DNA from: Candidatus Nanopelagicales bacterium
GTDB lineage: Bacteria; Actinomycetota; Actinomycetes; S36-B12
Assembly (NCBI GenBank): GCA_017854795.1
Contig: JAFMHB010000001.1
Coordinates: forward strand, 80,606-144,605
Direction of reading: 5' to 3'
DNA: 64,000 bases
The notes beneath the pieces were generated by a model. The model was not told the origin of the DNA and ran no database searches. It saw only the letters and a list, made by a program, of their open reading frames with translations. Of this stretch, positions 39,590 to 49,120 are shown in pieces. The stretch's first letter is position 1; the number at the start of each line of letters is the position of its first letter. Position numbers and translations under genes: made by a program.

Positions 39590-39886
39590 ATGAGTGATTC
39601 CACGCTTGAAGACTTGCCCTTCGACGAACTGCGGCACCAGGCTTTTCATCTGGCAGAAAAGAAACTAGATATTGGTTTCTTCACTGACGTGTTCTCGCAC
39701 ATGCCTGGAATGATCGCGATTGAGGGCGAGGGTGGGGACCTCGGTTCAATCGGGGGGACATTTATTGAAACCGTGCGGGCCACCAAGCAAATGTTTGGTC
39801 ACGGTGAAATCGATCCAGACATTGAAACCCTGCTCCGCGCTCGATTCGCGACCTACATTCGGGCTAACGATCCAAGTCTCCAATAA
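39590..39886 (+). CDS. Hypothetical protein
   Basis: 98 aa, no recognisable motif. Its 3' end overlaps the convergent NuoD-like gene by 23 nt. Confidence 0.4.
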   Translation: MSDSTLEDLPFDELRHQAFHLAEKKLDIGFFTDVFSHMPGMIAIEGEGGDLGSIGGTFIETVRATKQMFGHGEIDPDIETLLRARFATYIRANDPSLQ

Positions 39887-40949
39887 CCAAAAACATACTG
39901 CTCAATGCGTTCGGCAACTGATCGAGGCGGTGGCCCACGAGTGTGGGAACAAGTGCCTGGAAATTATTGAATGATGCAGACCGTAATTTTAAGCGCCACG
40001 GAGTTTTGTCCCCGGCACTGACCAAATACCAACCGTTAATCCCGGTGGGTCCGTCGACCCAGGAGTAGGAGTTTCCTTCTGGTGCTCGCACCACCTTGGG
40101 GAGAACTACATTGACCTCTGAACCGTTTGTAGTTTCAAGGTGTGGCATTATTTTTTCGATAAGTGCAGTGCTCAGTGACACTTGATCAATCAGTGCCAAG
40201 AAGCGAGAGTATGCATCTCCATCCGTGTACACCTCTGGCCTAACGGCATCCAATTCCTTGTATTTGAGGTATTCGGTGTCGAATCGGAGATCGTTATTTA
40301 GTCCGCTGGCCCACGCCACTGGTCCGCTGGTGCCAAATGACACTGAGTCAGCGGTAGACAGAACCGCCAATCCGCGGAGTTCACTCTGATTCAGACTTTC
40401 ACGGAGAGTGGGGAGAATTTTCTGCAATTCATAAATAATTTCATGACTTTGTTCGGAGGTGTCGGTGGGAATGTCGTGAGCAACACCTCCAATGCATGCG
40501 TACATTGGGTGAACTCGATTACCCGTGATCGACTCGAATAGGTTGGCGATCTGGTTGCGGATCTGGTGGGTTTGCTGAGTCGGTAGAAATGCAATCAGGG
40601 CTGAGATCCGGGTGAACTCAGCCAGCAACATGCGAATCCACGTGGCTCTCTCGGGAGGGTGAATTCCCATTGCCGATTCAAGGGTCAGCGCAACTCCAAG
40701 TTCTGAAGTAAACGGCGCATACCAGTCGTGGCGGTTAGCCAGCATCATGATTTGTCGGTAGTCACGAACCTCGAAAAGTTTTTCGGCACCACGGTGCATA
40801 AAGCCAATACGAGGTTCGACATCGGTGATCAGGTCACCATCGAGGGTGAGGTTGAGTTGAAATCCTCCTTGAGCACTTGGGTGAAATTCACCCAAATCGA
40901 TTCTGATCTCGCCGGGGGCCAAGCCAATACCGGCAATCACATTACGCAT
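39864..40949 (-). CDS. Orphan NuoD / complex I 49-kDa-subunit-like protein (no other nuo genes nearby)
   Basis: 361 aa. GEFHPSAQGGFQLNLTLDG...VEPRIGFMHRGAEKL...ERATWIRMLLAEFTRI and the C-terminus WRLKLRSASFNNFQAL...FLVIGDLDR are colinear with NuoD/Nqo4. No [NiFe]-hydrogenase CxxC motifs. Confidence 0.8.
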   Translation of the reverse strand: MRNVIAGIGLAPGEIRIDLGEFHPSAQGGFQLNLTLDGDLITDVEPRIGFMHRGAEKLFEVRDYRQIMMLANRHDWYAPFTSELGVALTLESAMGIHPPERATWIRMLLAEFTRISALIAFLPTQQTHQIRNQIANLFESITGNRVHPMYACIGGVAHDIPTDTSEQSHEIIYELQKILPTLRESLNQSELRGLAVLSTADSVSFGTSGPVAWASGLNNDLRFDTEYLKYKELDAVRPEVYTDGDAYSRFLALIDQVSLSTALIEKIMPHLETTNGSEVNVVLPKVVRAPEGNSYSWVDGPTGINGWYLVSAGDKTPWRLKLRSASFNNFQALVPTLVGHRLDQLPNALSSMFLVIGDLDR

Positions 40950-40961
40950 ATGTGCATCGTT

Positions 40962-41828
40962 TCATGTCCGAGTACCAAAGTCTTGAACGAGCCACCGAAA
41001 ATTATTGTGACCAGGATCGACATCGGTGATTGAAGTGGCTGTGATGTCCGGACGTGATGCTATTGCGGCACTGGCACAAGAATCCAACGCAACGTGAGTT
41101 GTGATGTTTACTTCCCCGTTGGGAATCGCGCGAACAGAACTACCAAGTTGATATCCGGTGAGAGTGCCGGCATCAAATAATCCCTTGGCCCGCTGGTCAA
41201 GTGAATGTGAGTAATCAATAGCGATTGCCCGTCCTGTACTGAAAATGTTTACCAATTTAACCCACGCGTGATCGCGAGTGATTCCAATTTCTCGACGTGC
41301 ATGAGGAGCTGTTTGCGGCCACCACTGTGCGAGCCATTCCAATTCCACCTCTGAAATTGGCTCGCCCAACTGCTCATGACCACTGACGGGATCAACCAAA
41401 ACTGTTCGCGGTGTGAGGTTCTCGTCGTATTCGACAACGGTGGTGGGAATGTCATCTAAGAGCTCATGGGCAATCACGACACCGAATTTCTCCCTGATCG
41501 GGATTTTTCGCGCGTCACCACTGGACACATCGTAAATCTGGGTTTTCCAGTTGAGTCCATTTTCGCGGATGAGGTGTTGCAGCTTTTCCACAAGTGAACC
41601 GTCGGATCCACCAACATCGAGGATCAAGAATTGAGTGGGAGAACCGCAATACTGATAAGTTTCGAGTAGATAGGGAAATAATTCCGCTGCCAAATCTGGG
41701 TTGGATTGAACAGCCGTACGAAAGTGCTCATAGGGATTTGCTCCCTTGGTCCCGAACTCACCGTAAAAGCTATTGGGGCCGAAAGCTGCGCCCTCCCAAG
41801 CATTGATCCAAGGAATGTATGGGGACAT
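40962..41828 (-). CDS. MidA/NDUFAF7-like (DUF185) SAM-dependent methyltransferase
   Basis: 288 aa. SAM motif I LILDVGGSDGSL. IAHELLDDIPTTVV (compare ANEFFDALP), AIAIDYSHS (compare DYGY), GTLTGYQLGS...GEVNITTHVALDS (compare GTLRCY...DITAHVDF). Lies 12 nt upstream of the NuoD-like gene. Confidence 0.6.
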   Translation of the reverse strand: MSPYIPWINAWEGAAFGPNSFYGEFGTKGANPYEHFRTAVQSNPDLAAELFPYLLETYQYCGSPTQFLILDVGGSDGSLVEKLQHLIRENGLNWKTQIYDVSSGDARKIPIREKFGVVIAHELLDDIPTTVVEYDENLTPRTVLVDPVSGHEQLGEPISEVELEWLAQWWPQTAPHARREIGITRDHAWVKLVNIFSTGRAIAIDYSHSLDQRAKGLFDAGTLTGYQLGSSVRAIPNGEVNITTHVALDSCASAAIASRPDITATSITDVDPGHNNFRWLVQDFGTRT

Positions 41829-41862
41829 GGGACATGACGTTAGTCACCCCTAGGCTTTTGGC

Positions 41863-42732
41863 ATGGACTCGCCTCCCCGTTTGCGTATTGGGGTAGTCGG
41901 AGCAGGCCGTGTTGGCGCTGTTTTGGGTGCGGCCCTGCGATTGGCTGGCCATAACTGCATTGGTGTGAGTGCGGTATCGGATTTGTCCCGACTGCGCGCC
42001 GACGCACTCCTTCCGGGCGTACCCATCAAAGCTGCCGATCAAGTGGTAGCGGAATCCGAGTTGGTGATTCTGGCCGTGCCAGACAGTGTTCTCCCTGAAC
42101 TCATTCGCGGTTTTTCCTCCAGTGAGGTCTTCATCCCTGGGCAGTTCGTAGCCCACACCTCGGGAAATTACGGGATCTCGGTTTTTGAATCAGCCCCACA
42201 AGTTTCACCCATGGCGATTCACCCGATCATGACTTTCACCGGAACCAGCGTTGACCTTGCCCGGCTGCCGGATACACCATTTGGAGTCACCACCACAGAA
42301 ACACTTCGACCCGTGGCTGAAGCGCTGGTGGTGGAAATGGGTGGTGAGCCGGTTTGGGTCCCTGAAGAGTCACGGGCGATCTACCACACCGCGATGGTGT
42401 TGAGTTCAAACTACCTCAATGTTCTCGTCAATGAAGCTGTATCACTTTTGACGGAGTCAGGAATGGAAAGTCCGCAGCGCATACTTGCGCCACTTCTCAG
42501 TGCTTCCCTGGACAATGCGTTGAGGTTAGGAGACAAAGGTCTGACCGGGCCCGTCGCTCGTGGAGACTCCGAAGTTATTCGCAAGCACCTCGATGCACTA
42601 CACGAGCGCCCAAGTTCACAAAATGCCTATCGCGCTCTCGCCCGACTAGCAACTGATCGAGCGCTCGCTGCGGGTTTACTCTCTGTCGATCAGGCTGCAG
42701 ACCTTCTTATTGAATTGAGTGAGAACACATGA
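41863..42732 (+). CDS. Rossmann-fold plus DUF2520 protein (Rv3603c-like, putative ketopantoate-reductase-type oxidoreductase)
   Basis: IGVVGAGRVGAVLG dinucleotide motif and the DUF2520-like C-terminus (LTGPVARGD). Conserved position upstream of panC, with a 4-nt overlap. Confidence 0.75.
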   Translation: MDSPPRLRIGVVGAGRVGAVLGAALRLAGHNCIGVSAVSDLSRLRADALLPGVPIKAADQVVAESELVILAVPDSVLPELIRGFSSSEVFIPGQFVAHTSGNYGISVFESAPQVSPMAIHPIMTFTGTSVDLARLPDTPFGVTTTETLRPVAEALVVEMGGEPVWVPEESRAIYHTAMVLSSNYLNVLVNEAVSLLTESGMESPQRILAPLLSASLDNALRLGDKGLTGPVARGDSEVIRKHLDALHERPSSQNAYRALARLATDRALAAGLLSVDQAADLLIELSENT

Positions 42733-43583
42733 CCAAGTTGATCCACGTTAGTCGTGAACTAGAGAAAAAAATTGGAGTTGTCCGGGCTTTTATTCCAACT
42801 ATGGGTGCGTTACATCAAGGACATCTCGACCTCGTTGACGAGGCGAGGGCACTGGTTGGCGACAATGGTGAAGTTGTCGTGTCAATTTTTGTTAATCCGA
42901 CCCAGTTTGAACATTCAACCGACGTGTCGCAATATCCAAGAACACTAGAAAGTGATTTTGCACAATGCGAGGCCCGCGGCGTTGACATTGTGTTCGCGCC
43001 CACTGTTGAGGAAATGTATCCCGAAGGAATGGGAACCGAAGAACATGTGAGTGTTCAACCGGGGCCGCTGGGGTCGGTATTGGAAGGTGCCGATCGTCCT
43101 GGACATTTTTCTGGCGTACTCACAATTGTTGCAAAACTTTTAAACCTGGTTCAGCCAGAGTTCACCACTTTTGGCGAGAAGGACTACCAGCAATTAGCGT
43201 TGATTTCACAGATGGTGCAACAACTCAACTTCCCCGTTAAAGTTGTGGGAGTGCAAACGCGTCGCGAATCCGATGGCTTGGCCATGAGCTCACGCAATGC
43301 TTTTCTCAGCCCTGAGCAGAGGATTCACGCGGTTTCCATTTCCCGTGCACTTTACGCCGCACAGGGAATTGAAGGAAATATTGATGTGAAGTTGAGTGCG
43401 GCCCGGGCCGTGCTCTCGGGGGAGATCGAAACTTCTTATTTAGTCGCTATGACAAATGACCTCTCCAGTGAACTTGACGGAACGGACGATGTGCATGAGG
43501 GTCGGTTGCTTTTTGCCGGTCTTCTTGGGTCAACTCGATTAATTGACAACATGCCAATAGTGAATGTGAATTCGAGTGAATGA
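42729..43583 (+). CDS. panC: Pantoate--beta-alanine ligase PanC
   Basis: Motifs PTMGALHQGHLDLV, FGEKDYQQ, MSSRN. 284 aa. Confidence 0.95.
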   Translation: MTKLIHVSRELEKKIGVVRAFIPTMGALHQGHLDLVDEARALVGDNGEVVVSIFVNPTQFEHSTDVSQYPRTLESDFAQCEARGVDIVFAPTVEEMYPEGMGTEEHVSVQPGPLGSVLEGADRPGHFSGVLTIVAKLLNLVQPEFTTFGEKDYQQLALISQMVQQLNFPVKVVGVQTRRESDGLAMSSRNAFLSPEQRIHAVSISRALYAAQGIEGNIDVKLSAARAVLSGEIETSYLVAMTNDLSSELDGTDDVHEGRLLFAGLLGSTRLIDNMPIVNVNSSE

Positions 43584-45213
43584 AATTCACATTCCACGCT
43601 GGCTAACCGCAGATTCACCCGGTTGGCAGATTGAAGCTGACGTAATCGTGATCGGGTCCGGTGTCGCTGGTCTCTCTGCAGCAATTCACGCCCGCCGGAC
43701 CGGTCGAAGCGTGGTGATCCTGACGAAAGCTAAAATTGACGAAGGTTCTACCCGTTGGGCGCAGGGTGGAATCGCAGCAGCACTGGCAGAAGATGATTCA
43801 CCCTCAGAGCACCGGGACGACACCATCACCGCGGGTGCCGGATTGTGCAACCCACAGGCTGTTGAGGTGCTGGTCACAGAAGGTCCGCAGGCTGTCCGTG
43901 ATTTGATCACGCTGGGTGCAAACTTTGACCTAGACCCGAGCGGTGAAATTTCACTCACTCGGGAAGGGGGCCATCACCGAGATCGAATCGCGCACGCTGG
44001 AGGAGATGCAACCGGTGCTGAAATCTCTCGGGCTCTGGTCTCCGCGGTACTCAATGATCCGGGTATTGAAATAGTTGAGAATGCGCTCGCGCTGGACCTA
44101 TTAACCGATGAAAATGGTGCCGCGCAAGGTGTGACCCTGCACGTTATGGGGTCCGGACAGCGCGACGGCATTGGTGCGGCCTTAGCTCCAGCCGTGATTT
44201 TGACTACGGGCGGTTTCGGCCAAGTTTTTGGTCAAACGACTAATCCTTATGTTTCAACAGGTGATGGAATTGCTCTCGCGCTTCGAGCAGGTGCGAGTAT
44301 CGCGGACCTCGAGTTTGTGCAGTTTCATCCAACCGTTTTGTGGCTAGGTCCACTTGCCCAGGGGCAGCAGCCACTTGTCAGTGAAGCCGTGCGGGGTGAA
44401 GGTGCACGACTACTTGATCCGGCCCTCCAACCTTTCATGGAGTCCATTCATGAGTTGGGTGATTTAGCCCCCCGTGATGTCGTTGCAAAAGAAATAATGA
44501 AAGTGATGCGTGCAACAGGTTCAGCCCACGTATGGCTTGATGGTCGCATGCTGGGAGCCGATACTTGGGTACGTCGATTCCCCACAATTCTCGCGAGCGC
44601 AAGGTCACGTGGAATTGACCCGGTAACCGATCTCATCCCGGTAGGCCCCGCCCAGCACTATGTCTCTGGAGGTGTCGTGACAGATCTTTTTGGTCGCACG
44701 AGTATCCCGGGACTTTATGCTGCGGGTGAGGTTGCCTGCACCGGGGTTCATGGAGCGAATCGTCTCGCCTCTAATTCGCTGCTGGAAGGCTTGGTGTACT
44801 CCCGCCGGATCATGAACGCCATTGACTCTGATCATCTTGTGGGCCACAAGGTTGAAGCAGATACGTCCCAGGATTCATTTTTAATCCCACACCGAGTGAG
44901 ACGAGACATGCAAAGCGTTATGGATCGAAATGCGGGTGTTCTTCGTAGCGAAGCATCCCTTACCCACGCGAAAAAGTGGCTGGCCAATATCGAACGCACT
45001 GGTGCTCGTGAATGCACAGAAGATTGGGAGAGTGCGAACCTGTTCATGGTGTCTCAAGTGTTAATTGAACACGCATTGGCTCGGAAAGAGACGCGCGGTT
45101 CACATTGGCGTGAGGACTACCCCGAGCGCAGCACTGAGTTTGAGGTTCGGCTAGTTTCACACCGCTCACCGGATGGTGAGTTGATCACAACGACAACTGG
45201 AATAGGGATCTGA
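43576..45213 (+). CDS. nadB: L-aspartate oxidase NadB
   Basis: Motifs VIVIGSGVAGLSAA, RWAQGGIAAA, HGANRLASNSLLEG, RGSHWRED. 545 aa. 8-nt overlap with panC. Confidence 0.95.
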   Translation: MNEIHIPRWLTADSPGWQIEADVIVIGSGVAGLSAAIHARRTGRSVVILTKAKIDEGSTRWAQGGIAAALAEDDSPSEHRDDTITAGAGLCNPQAVEVLVTEGPQAVRDLITLGANFDLDPSGEISLTREGGHHRDRIAHAGGDATGAEISRALVSAVLNDPGIEIVENALALDLLTDENGAAQGVTLHVMGSGQRDGIGAALAPAVILTTGGFGQVFGQTTNPYVSTGDGIALALRAGASIADLEFVQFHPTVLWLGPLAQGQQPLVSEAVRGEGARLLDPALQPFMESIHELGDLAPRDVVAKEIMKVMRATGSAHVWLDGRMLGADTWVRRFPTILASARSRGIDPVTDLIPVGPAQHYVSGGVVTDLFGRTSIPGLYAAGEVACTGVHGANRLASNSLLEGLVYSRRIMNAIDSDHLVGHKVEADTSQDSFLIPHRVRRDMQSVMDRNAGVLRSEASLTHAKKWLANIERTGARECTEDWESANLFMVSQVLIEHALARKETRGSHWREDYPERSTEFEVRLVSHRSPDGELITTTTGIGI

Positions 45214-46112
45214 TGCAGTCGCACAAAATCAAAAAGGAGCTAGCGGATCAATTAATCGCTGGTGGGCTGAACCCCCTTGACGTATCAGAGGTTGTCCTGC
45301 GCGCCCTGCATGAGGACTGCGACGATAACGGTGACGTAACCTCCATCGCCACTATCCCTAATAATCAAGTTTCCACATTGGATTTAGTTGCTCGGGAAGC
45401 GGGTACGGTTGCCGGGATTCCTGTTGCGGCAGCTGTATTCGCAATTCTGGGTGGTGCGTCAGTACAGATTCAGACTCCCGCCAGTGACGGTGACACCGTG
45501 CTCGCAGGTGACGTACTCATCTCAATCACTGGGCCAACTCGGGTGCTACTGCAGGGGGAGCGCCCCGCACTTAATCTGCTGAGTCATCTCAGTGCGATCG
45601 CAACAGCCACAAAAACATGGGCTTTAGCGCTAGGGGATTCACACACGAAAGTGCGTGACACTCGAAAGACAACTCCCGGTCTACGAACACTCGACAAATA
45701 TGCGGTGAGGTGTGGTGGTGGACTCAATCACCGCATGAACCTTTCAGACGCAGCCCTGATCAAAGACAATCATGTCGTTGCGGCCGGTGGGGTTGCCCAG
45801 GCCTATGAATTGATTAAAAAACGCTTCCCGGACCTCCCGGTTGAGGTCGAAGTTGACTCACTCGATCAACTAGAAGAAGTCCTTGAGGTCGGAGCAGATC
45901 TTGTACTTTTGGACAATTTCTCGATTGATGAATTGAACGAAGCGGTGGAAGTTAATGCCGGTCGTGCCAAGTTGGAAGCATCCGGCGGCTTCACAATCGG
46001 TCAGGCTTCGGAGATAGCGACAACAGGCGTTGATTATGTTGCGGTAGGGGCAATTACCCACTCTGCACCTATTCTCGATATTGGTGCTGACCTTCGGATG
46101 GAGTTGTCCTGA
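45213..46112 (+). CDS. nadC: Nicotinate-nucleotide pyrophosphorylase (carboxylating) NadC
   Basis: Motifs GERPALNLLSHLS, DTRKTTPGLR, LLDNF, SGG. TGATG junction with nadB. Confidence 0.95.
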   Translation: MQSHKIKKELADQLIAGGLNPLDVSEVVLRALHEDCDDNGDVTSIATIPNNQVSTLDLVAREAGTVAGIPVAAAVFAILGGASVQIQTPASDGDTVLAGDVLISITGPTRVLLQGERPALNLLSHLSAIATATKTWALALGDSHTKVRDTRKTTPGLRTLDKYAVRCGGGLNHRMNLSDAALIKDNHVVAAGGVAQAYELIKKRFPDLPVEVEVDSLDQLEEVLEVGADLVLLDNFSIDELNEAVEVNAGRAKLEASGGFTIGQASEIATTGVDYVAVGAITHSAPILDIGADLRMELS

Positions 46113-46870
46113 TGCTACTCGCGATTGATGTTGGAAATACGAATACGGTTATTGGTCTGTATGAAAATAGAATCCTTCATAAATCATGGCGAATTAATAC
46201 CGATCCAGCGCAGACAGCCGACGAACTTGCGCTGAAGTACCGTGGCCTGTTAGAAAATGAACCGGGGGTAAGCGGTGTTGCCTTATGTAGCACCGTGCCG
46301 GCAGTTTTACATCAAATGCGACTCATGGTCGAGCGTTACTATTCGGAACTTCCGGTGGTGATTGTTGAGCCTGGAATCAAGACTGGAGTTCCGATACTCA
46401 CCGACAACCCGAAAGAGGTGGGGGCGGACCGAATTGTTAACACGCTTGCGGCACACCATCTTTTTGGTGGCCCATGCATCGTGGTGGATTTTGGAACTTC
46501 GACCAACCTCGACGTAGTGTCCGACAAAGGGGAGTTCCTCGGTGGCGCTTTAGCACCCGGCATTGAAATTTCAATTGAGGCGCTGGCTCAGCGGGCAGCG
46601 CAATTGCGACAGGTTGAACTAGTGGCGCCGCGTTCGGTGATTGGAAAAAATACCGTTGAGGCACTTCAATCGGGTGCGGTCTACGGATTTGCGGGTCAAG
46701 TGGACGGTTTAGTGGATCGGATCATCGAAGAAATTGGTGCCGTGACAGCGGTTGTTGCAACCGGTGGGCTTAGTCAGATAGTGGTTTCCGAGTCGCGCAG
46801 CATTACCCACCATGAACCGGATCTGACCCTTTTGGGTCTGGCACTACTGTTTGAAAAGAACCAGTCATAA
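46112..46870 (+). CDS. coaX: Type III pantothenate kinase CoaX
   Basis: Motifs MLLAIDVGNTNT, GADR, VVDFGT, ATGG. TGATG junction with nadC. Confidence 0.93.
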   Translation: MLLAIDVGNTNTVIGLYENRILHKSWRINTDPAQTADELALKYRGLLENEPGVSGVALCSTVPAVLHQMRLMVERYYSELPVVIVEPGIKTGVPILTDNPKEVGADRIVNTLAAHHLFGGPCIVVDFGTSTNLDVVSDKGEFLGGALAPGIEISIEALAQRAAQLRQVELVAPRSVIGKNTVEALQSGAVYGFAGQVDGLVDRIIEEIGAVTAVVATGGLSQIVVSESRSITHHEPDLTLLGLALLFEKNQS

Positions 46871-46876
46871 CGGAAA

Positions 46877-47569
46877 CTATGAATCTAGGGCCTGGGAACC
46901 TGCGACCACGCCAAGCACTGTGGCAAGACCATGAATTGGTCCGGTAGTGCGTGGAAGAATTAGGGTTCGAATTCCAACGGCGCCGGCACCACCGTCATCG
47001 ATCGCATTATCCCCAACCATGAGCAAATCCTCTGGAGCAATTCCAATGGCGGCACTCACCGCAAGAAATATTTCTGGATTCGGTTTAACGTAACCTAACT
47101 CCGCCGAAGTGAATGCGTGATCAACGCAGTCCCCCATACCCACTCGAACCAAAATTTCATTCAGGTCAAGGGCAATATTTGAAATGATCGTGGTCGTTAT
47201 TCCCTGCTCGCGAAGGGCATCAAGAACAGGAATTGTGTCTTCATAAGCAAACCAAGCATGGGTGAGCGTGGAATAGAGAGCTGATGTGAGCGGTTCCTCG
47301 GTAAAGTCTCCGAGCAATCGAGTAAAGATCTCTTCATTTGCTGCCCTGCTGAGGTCTCGCTTGTGATGTGGATCCTCTATGCGAGCAAACTCAACAATCG
47401 AGTTCAACTTGGGCACGATGTCTGTGTACTCGAGCGGATCAAGTTTCGCACTCCCGCATGCGATTTCCAGCCATAATTCGCTACTTCCTTGGTCCACCAG
47501 GGTTGAATGAAAGTCAAAGAGCACACCTTTGATCGAACTAGGGCGACATAGCGGATGCGAAAGACTCAC
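46877..47569 (-). CDS. HAD-superfamily hydrolase
   Basis: Motif I VLFDFHSTL, motif III/IV MVGDNAIDD. 230 aa. Confidence 0.75.
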   Translation of the reverse strand: MSLSHPLCRPSSIKGVLFDFHSTLVDQGSSELWLEIACGSAKLDPLEYTDIVPKLNSIVEFARIEDPHHKRDLSRAANEEIFTRLLGDFTEEPLTSALYSTLTHAWFAYEDTIPVLDALREQGITTTIISNIALDLNEILVRVGMGDCVDHAFTSAELGYVKPNPEIFLAVSAAIGIAPEDLLMVGDNAIDDGGAGAVGIRTLILPRTTGPIHGLATVLGVVAGSQALDS

Positions 47570-47626
47570 GCGGGTGAGTCTAGGTCCAAGTTTGCGGGCG
47601 GCATGCTTCTAATAGCCTTAGCGACT

Positions 47627-49120
47627 GTGAGTGACGAGTTAGACGTTCCCGAACAGGTCCAGATCCGGCGTCATAAGCGTCAGGTGTTGCTGGATAAAGG
47701 TTTAGAGGCGTATCCCGTATCGCTTCCCATCACAGCATCCATTGCTCAACTGAGGGAGCAGTACGGCGATTTGGAGGCGGAAGCGGTAACGGGTGTAACG
47801 GTGGGAATTGCTGGCCGGGTGATTTTCAGTCGAAATACCGGAAAATTGGCTTTTGCAACAATCTCTTCGGGTAGCGGTGAAACGATCCAAGCCATGGTAT
47901 CCCTTGGTCAGGTGGGTGAAGAGAGTTTGGCGGACTGGAAAGCACTCGTTGACCTTGGGGATCAAATTTTTGTTCAGGGAGAAGTGATTTCATCCAAGCG
48001 TGGTGAGCTTTCCGTCTATGTCGATTCCTGGAGCATGGCGTCAAAATCATTGCGCCCACTTCCCGTGGCTCATAAAGAAATGAATGAAGAGTCTCGTGTA
48101 CGCCAGCGTTATGTAGATTTAATTATGCGCCCGGAAGCGCAGGTCATGGCGCGGACAAGAGTCAAAGCAGTTTCGGCACTGCGCACATCATTATCCAATC
48201 GTGATTACCTTGAAATTGAAACTCCAATGTTGCAAACCCAACCGGGTGGTGCAACGGCTCGACCGTTTATTACCCACTCAAACGCGTTTGGAATAGACCT
48301 CTACATGCGAATTGCTCCAGAGTTGTTTCTAAAGCGTGCGGTAGTTGGTGGCCTAGATCGAGTGTTTGAGATCAATCGAAATTTCCGCAATGAAGGCGCG
48401 GACTCGACCCATTCTCCAGAGTTTGCGATGCTCGAGTTTTATCAGGCATTCGCTGACTACCAAGACATGGCAACCATTACTCGTGAATTGATTCAAGAGG
48501 CTGCGCAGGCAGTCGCTGGCTCACTCACGGTTACTCACTTTGATGGAAGCGAACATGATCTCTCCGGTGTGTGGCCTCAGATTGATCTTTATGGTTCCCT
48601 TTCACAAGCCATTGATCAGGATGTAACACCTGAAACATCACGAGCCGTGCTTGAAACTCTGTGCACGGCAGCCGAGATCAAATTTGCGCCCACTTGGGTG
48701 AATGGCAAACTTGTTGAGGAGCTTTTTGAGCATTACGTGATTCCAACATTTACCGGTCCGACATTTGTTATGCATTTTCCCGTTGATACTTCACCCTTAA
48801 CTCGTGATCACCGATCCAGGCCTGGGGTTGTTGAAAAATGGGACCTCTACATCGATGGTTTTGAGTTGGCAACGGGTTACTCGGAATTGGTGGATCCCGT
48901 AATTCAGCGTGAACGCTTGGTCCAACAGGCGTCCCTTGGGGAAAAGGGCGACAAGGAAGCCATGCCCCTCGACGAAGACTTTTTGAGAGCCCTTGAACAC
49001 GGAATGCCACCGAGTGGAGGAGTGGGAATGGGAGTGGATCGCCTTCTCATGGCACTCACGGGACAAGGTATTCGGGAAACGATCCTTTTTCCATTGGTAA
49101 AGCCGGAGCGGGATCAATGA
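47627..49120 (+). CDS. lysS: Lysine--tRNA ligase (class II) LysS
   Basis: OB-fold N-domain and class II motifs (FRNEG, ELATGYSEL, GGVGMGVDRL). Start set at GTG 47627 to clear the HAD gene; ATG 47603 is also possible. Confidence 0.92.
   Translation: MSDELDVPEQVQIRRHKRQVLLDKGLEAYPVSLPITASIAQLREQYGDLEAEAVTGVTVGIAGRVIFSRNTGKLAFATISSGSGETIQAMVSLGQVGEESLADWKALVDLGDQIFVQGEVISSKRGELSVYVDSWSMASKSLRPLPVAHKEMNEESRVRQRYVDLIMRPEAQVMARTRVKAVSALRTSLSNRDYLEIETPMLQTQPGGATARPFITHSNAFGIDLYMRIAPELFLKRAVVGGLDRVFEINRNFRNEGADSTHSPEFAMLEFYQAFADYQDMATITRELIQEAAQAVAGSLTVTHFDGSEHDLSGVWPQIDLYGSLSQAIDQDVTPETSRAVLETLCTAAEIKFAPTWVNGKLVEELFEHYVIPTFTGPTFVMHFPVDTSPLTRDHRSRPGVVEKWDLYIDGFELATGYSELVDPVIQRERLVQQASLGEKGDKEAMPLDEDFLRALEHGMPPSGGVGMGVDRLLMALTGQGIRETILFPLVKPERDQ

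Noticed and set aside
39864-40949. NuoD-like ORF as a [NiFe]-hydrogenase large subunit.
   Set aside because: Neither the N-terminal RxCGxCxxxH motif nor the C-terminal DPCxxCxxH/R nickel-binding motif is present. The C-terminus is ...VIGDLDR, as in NuoD.
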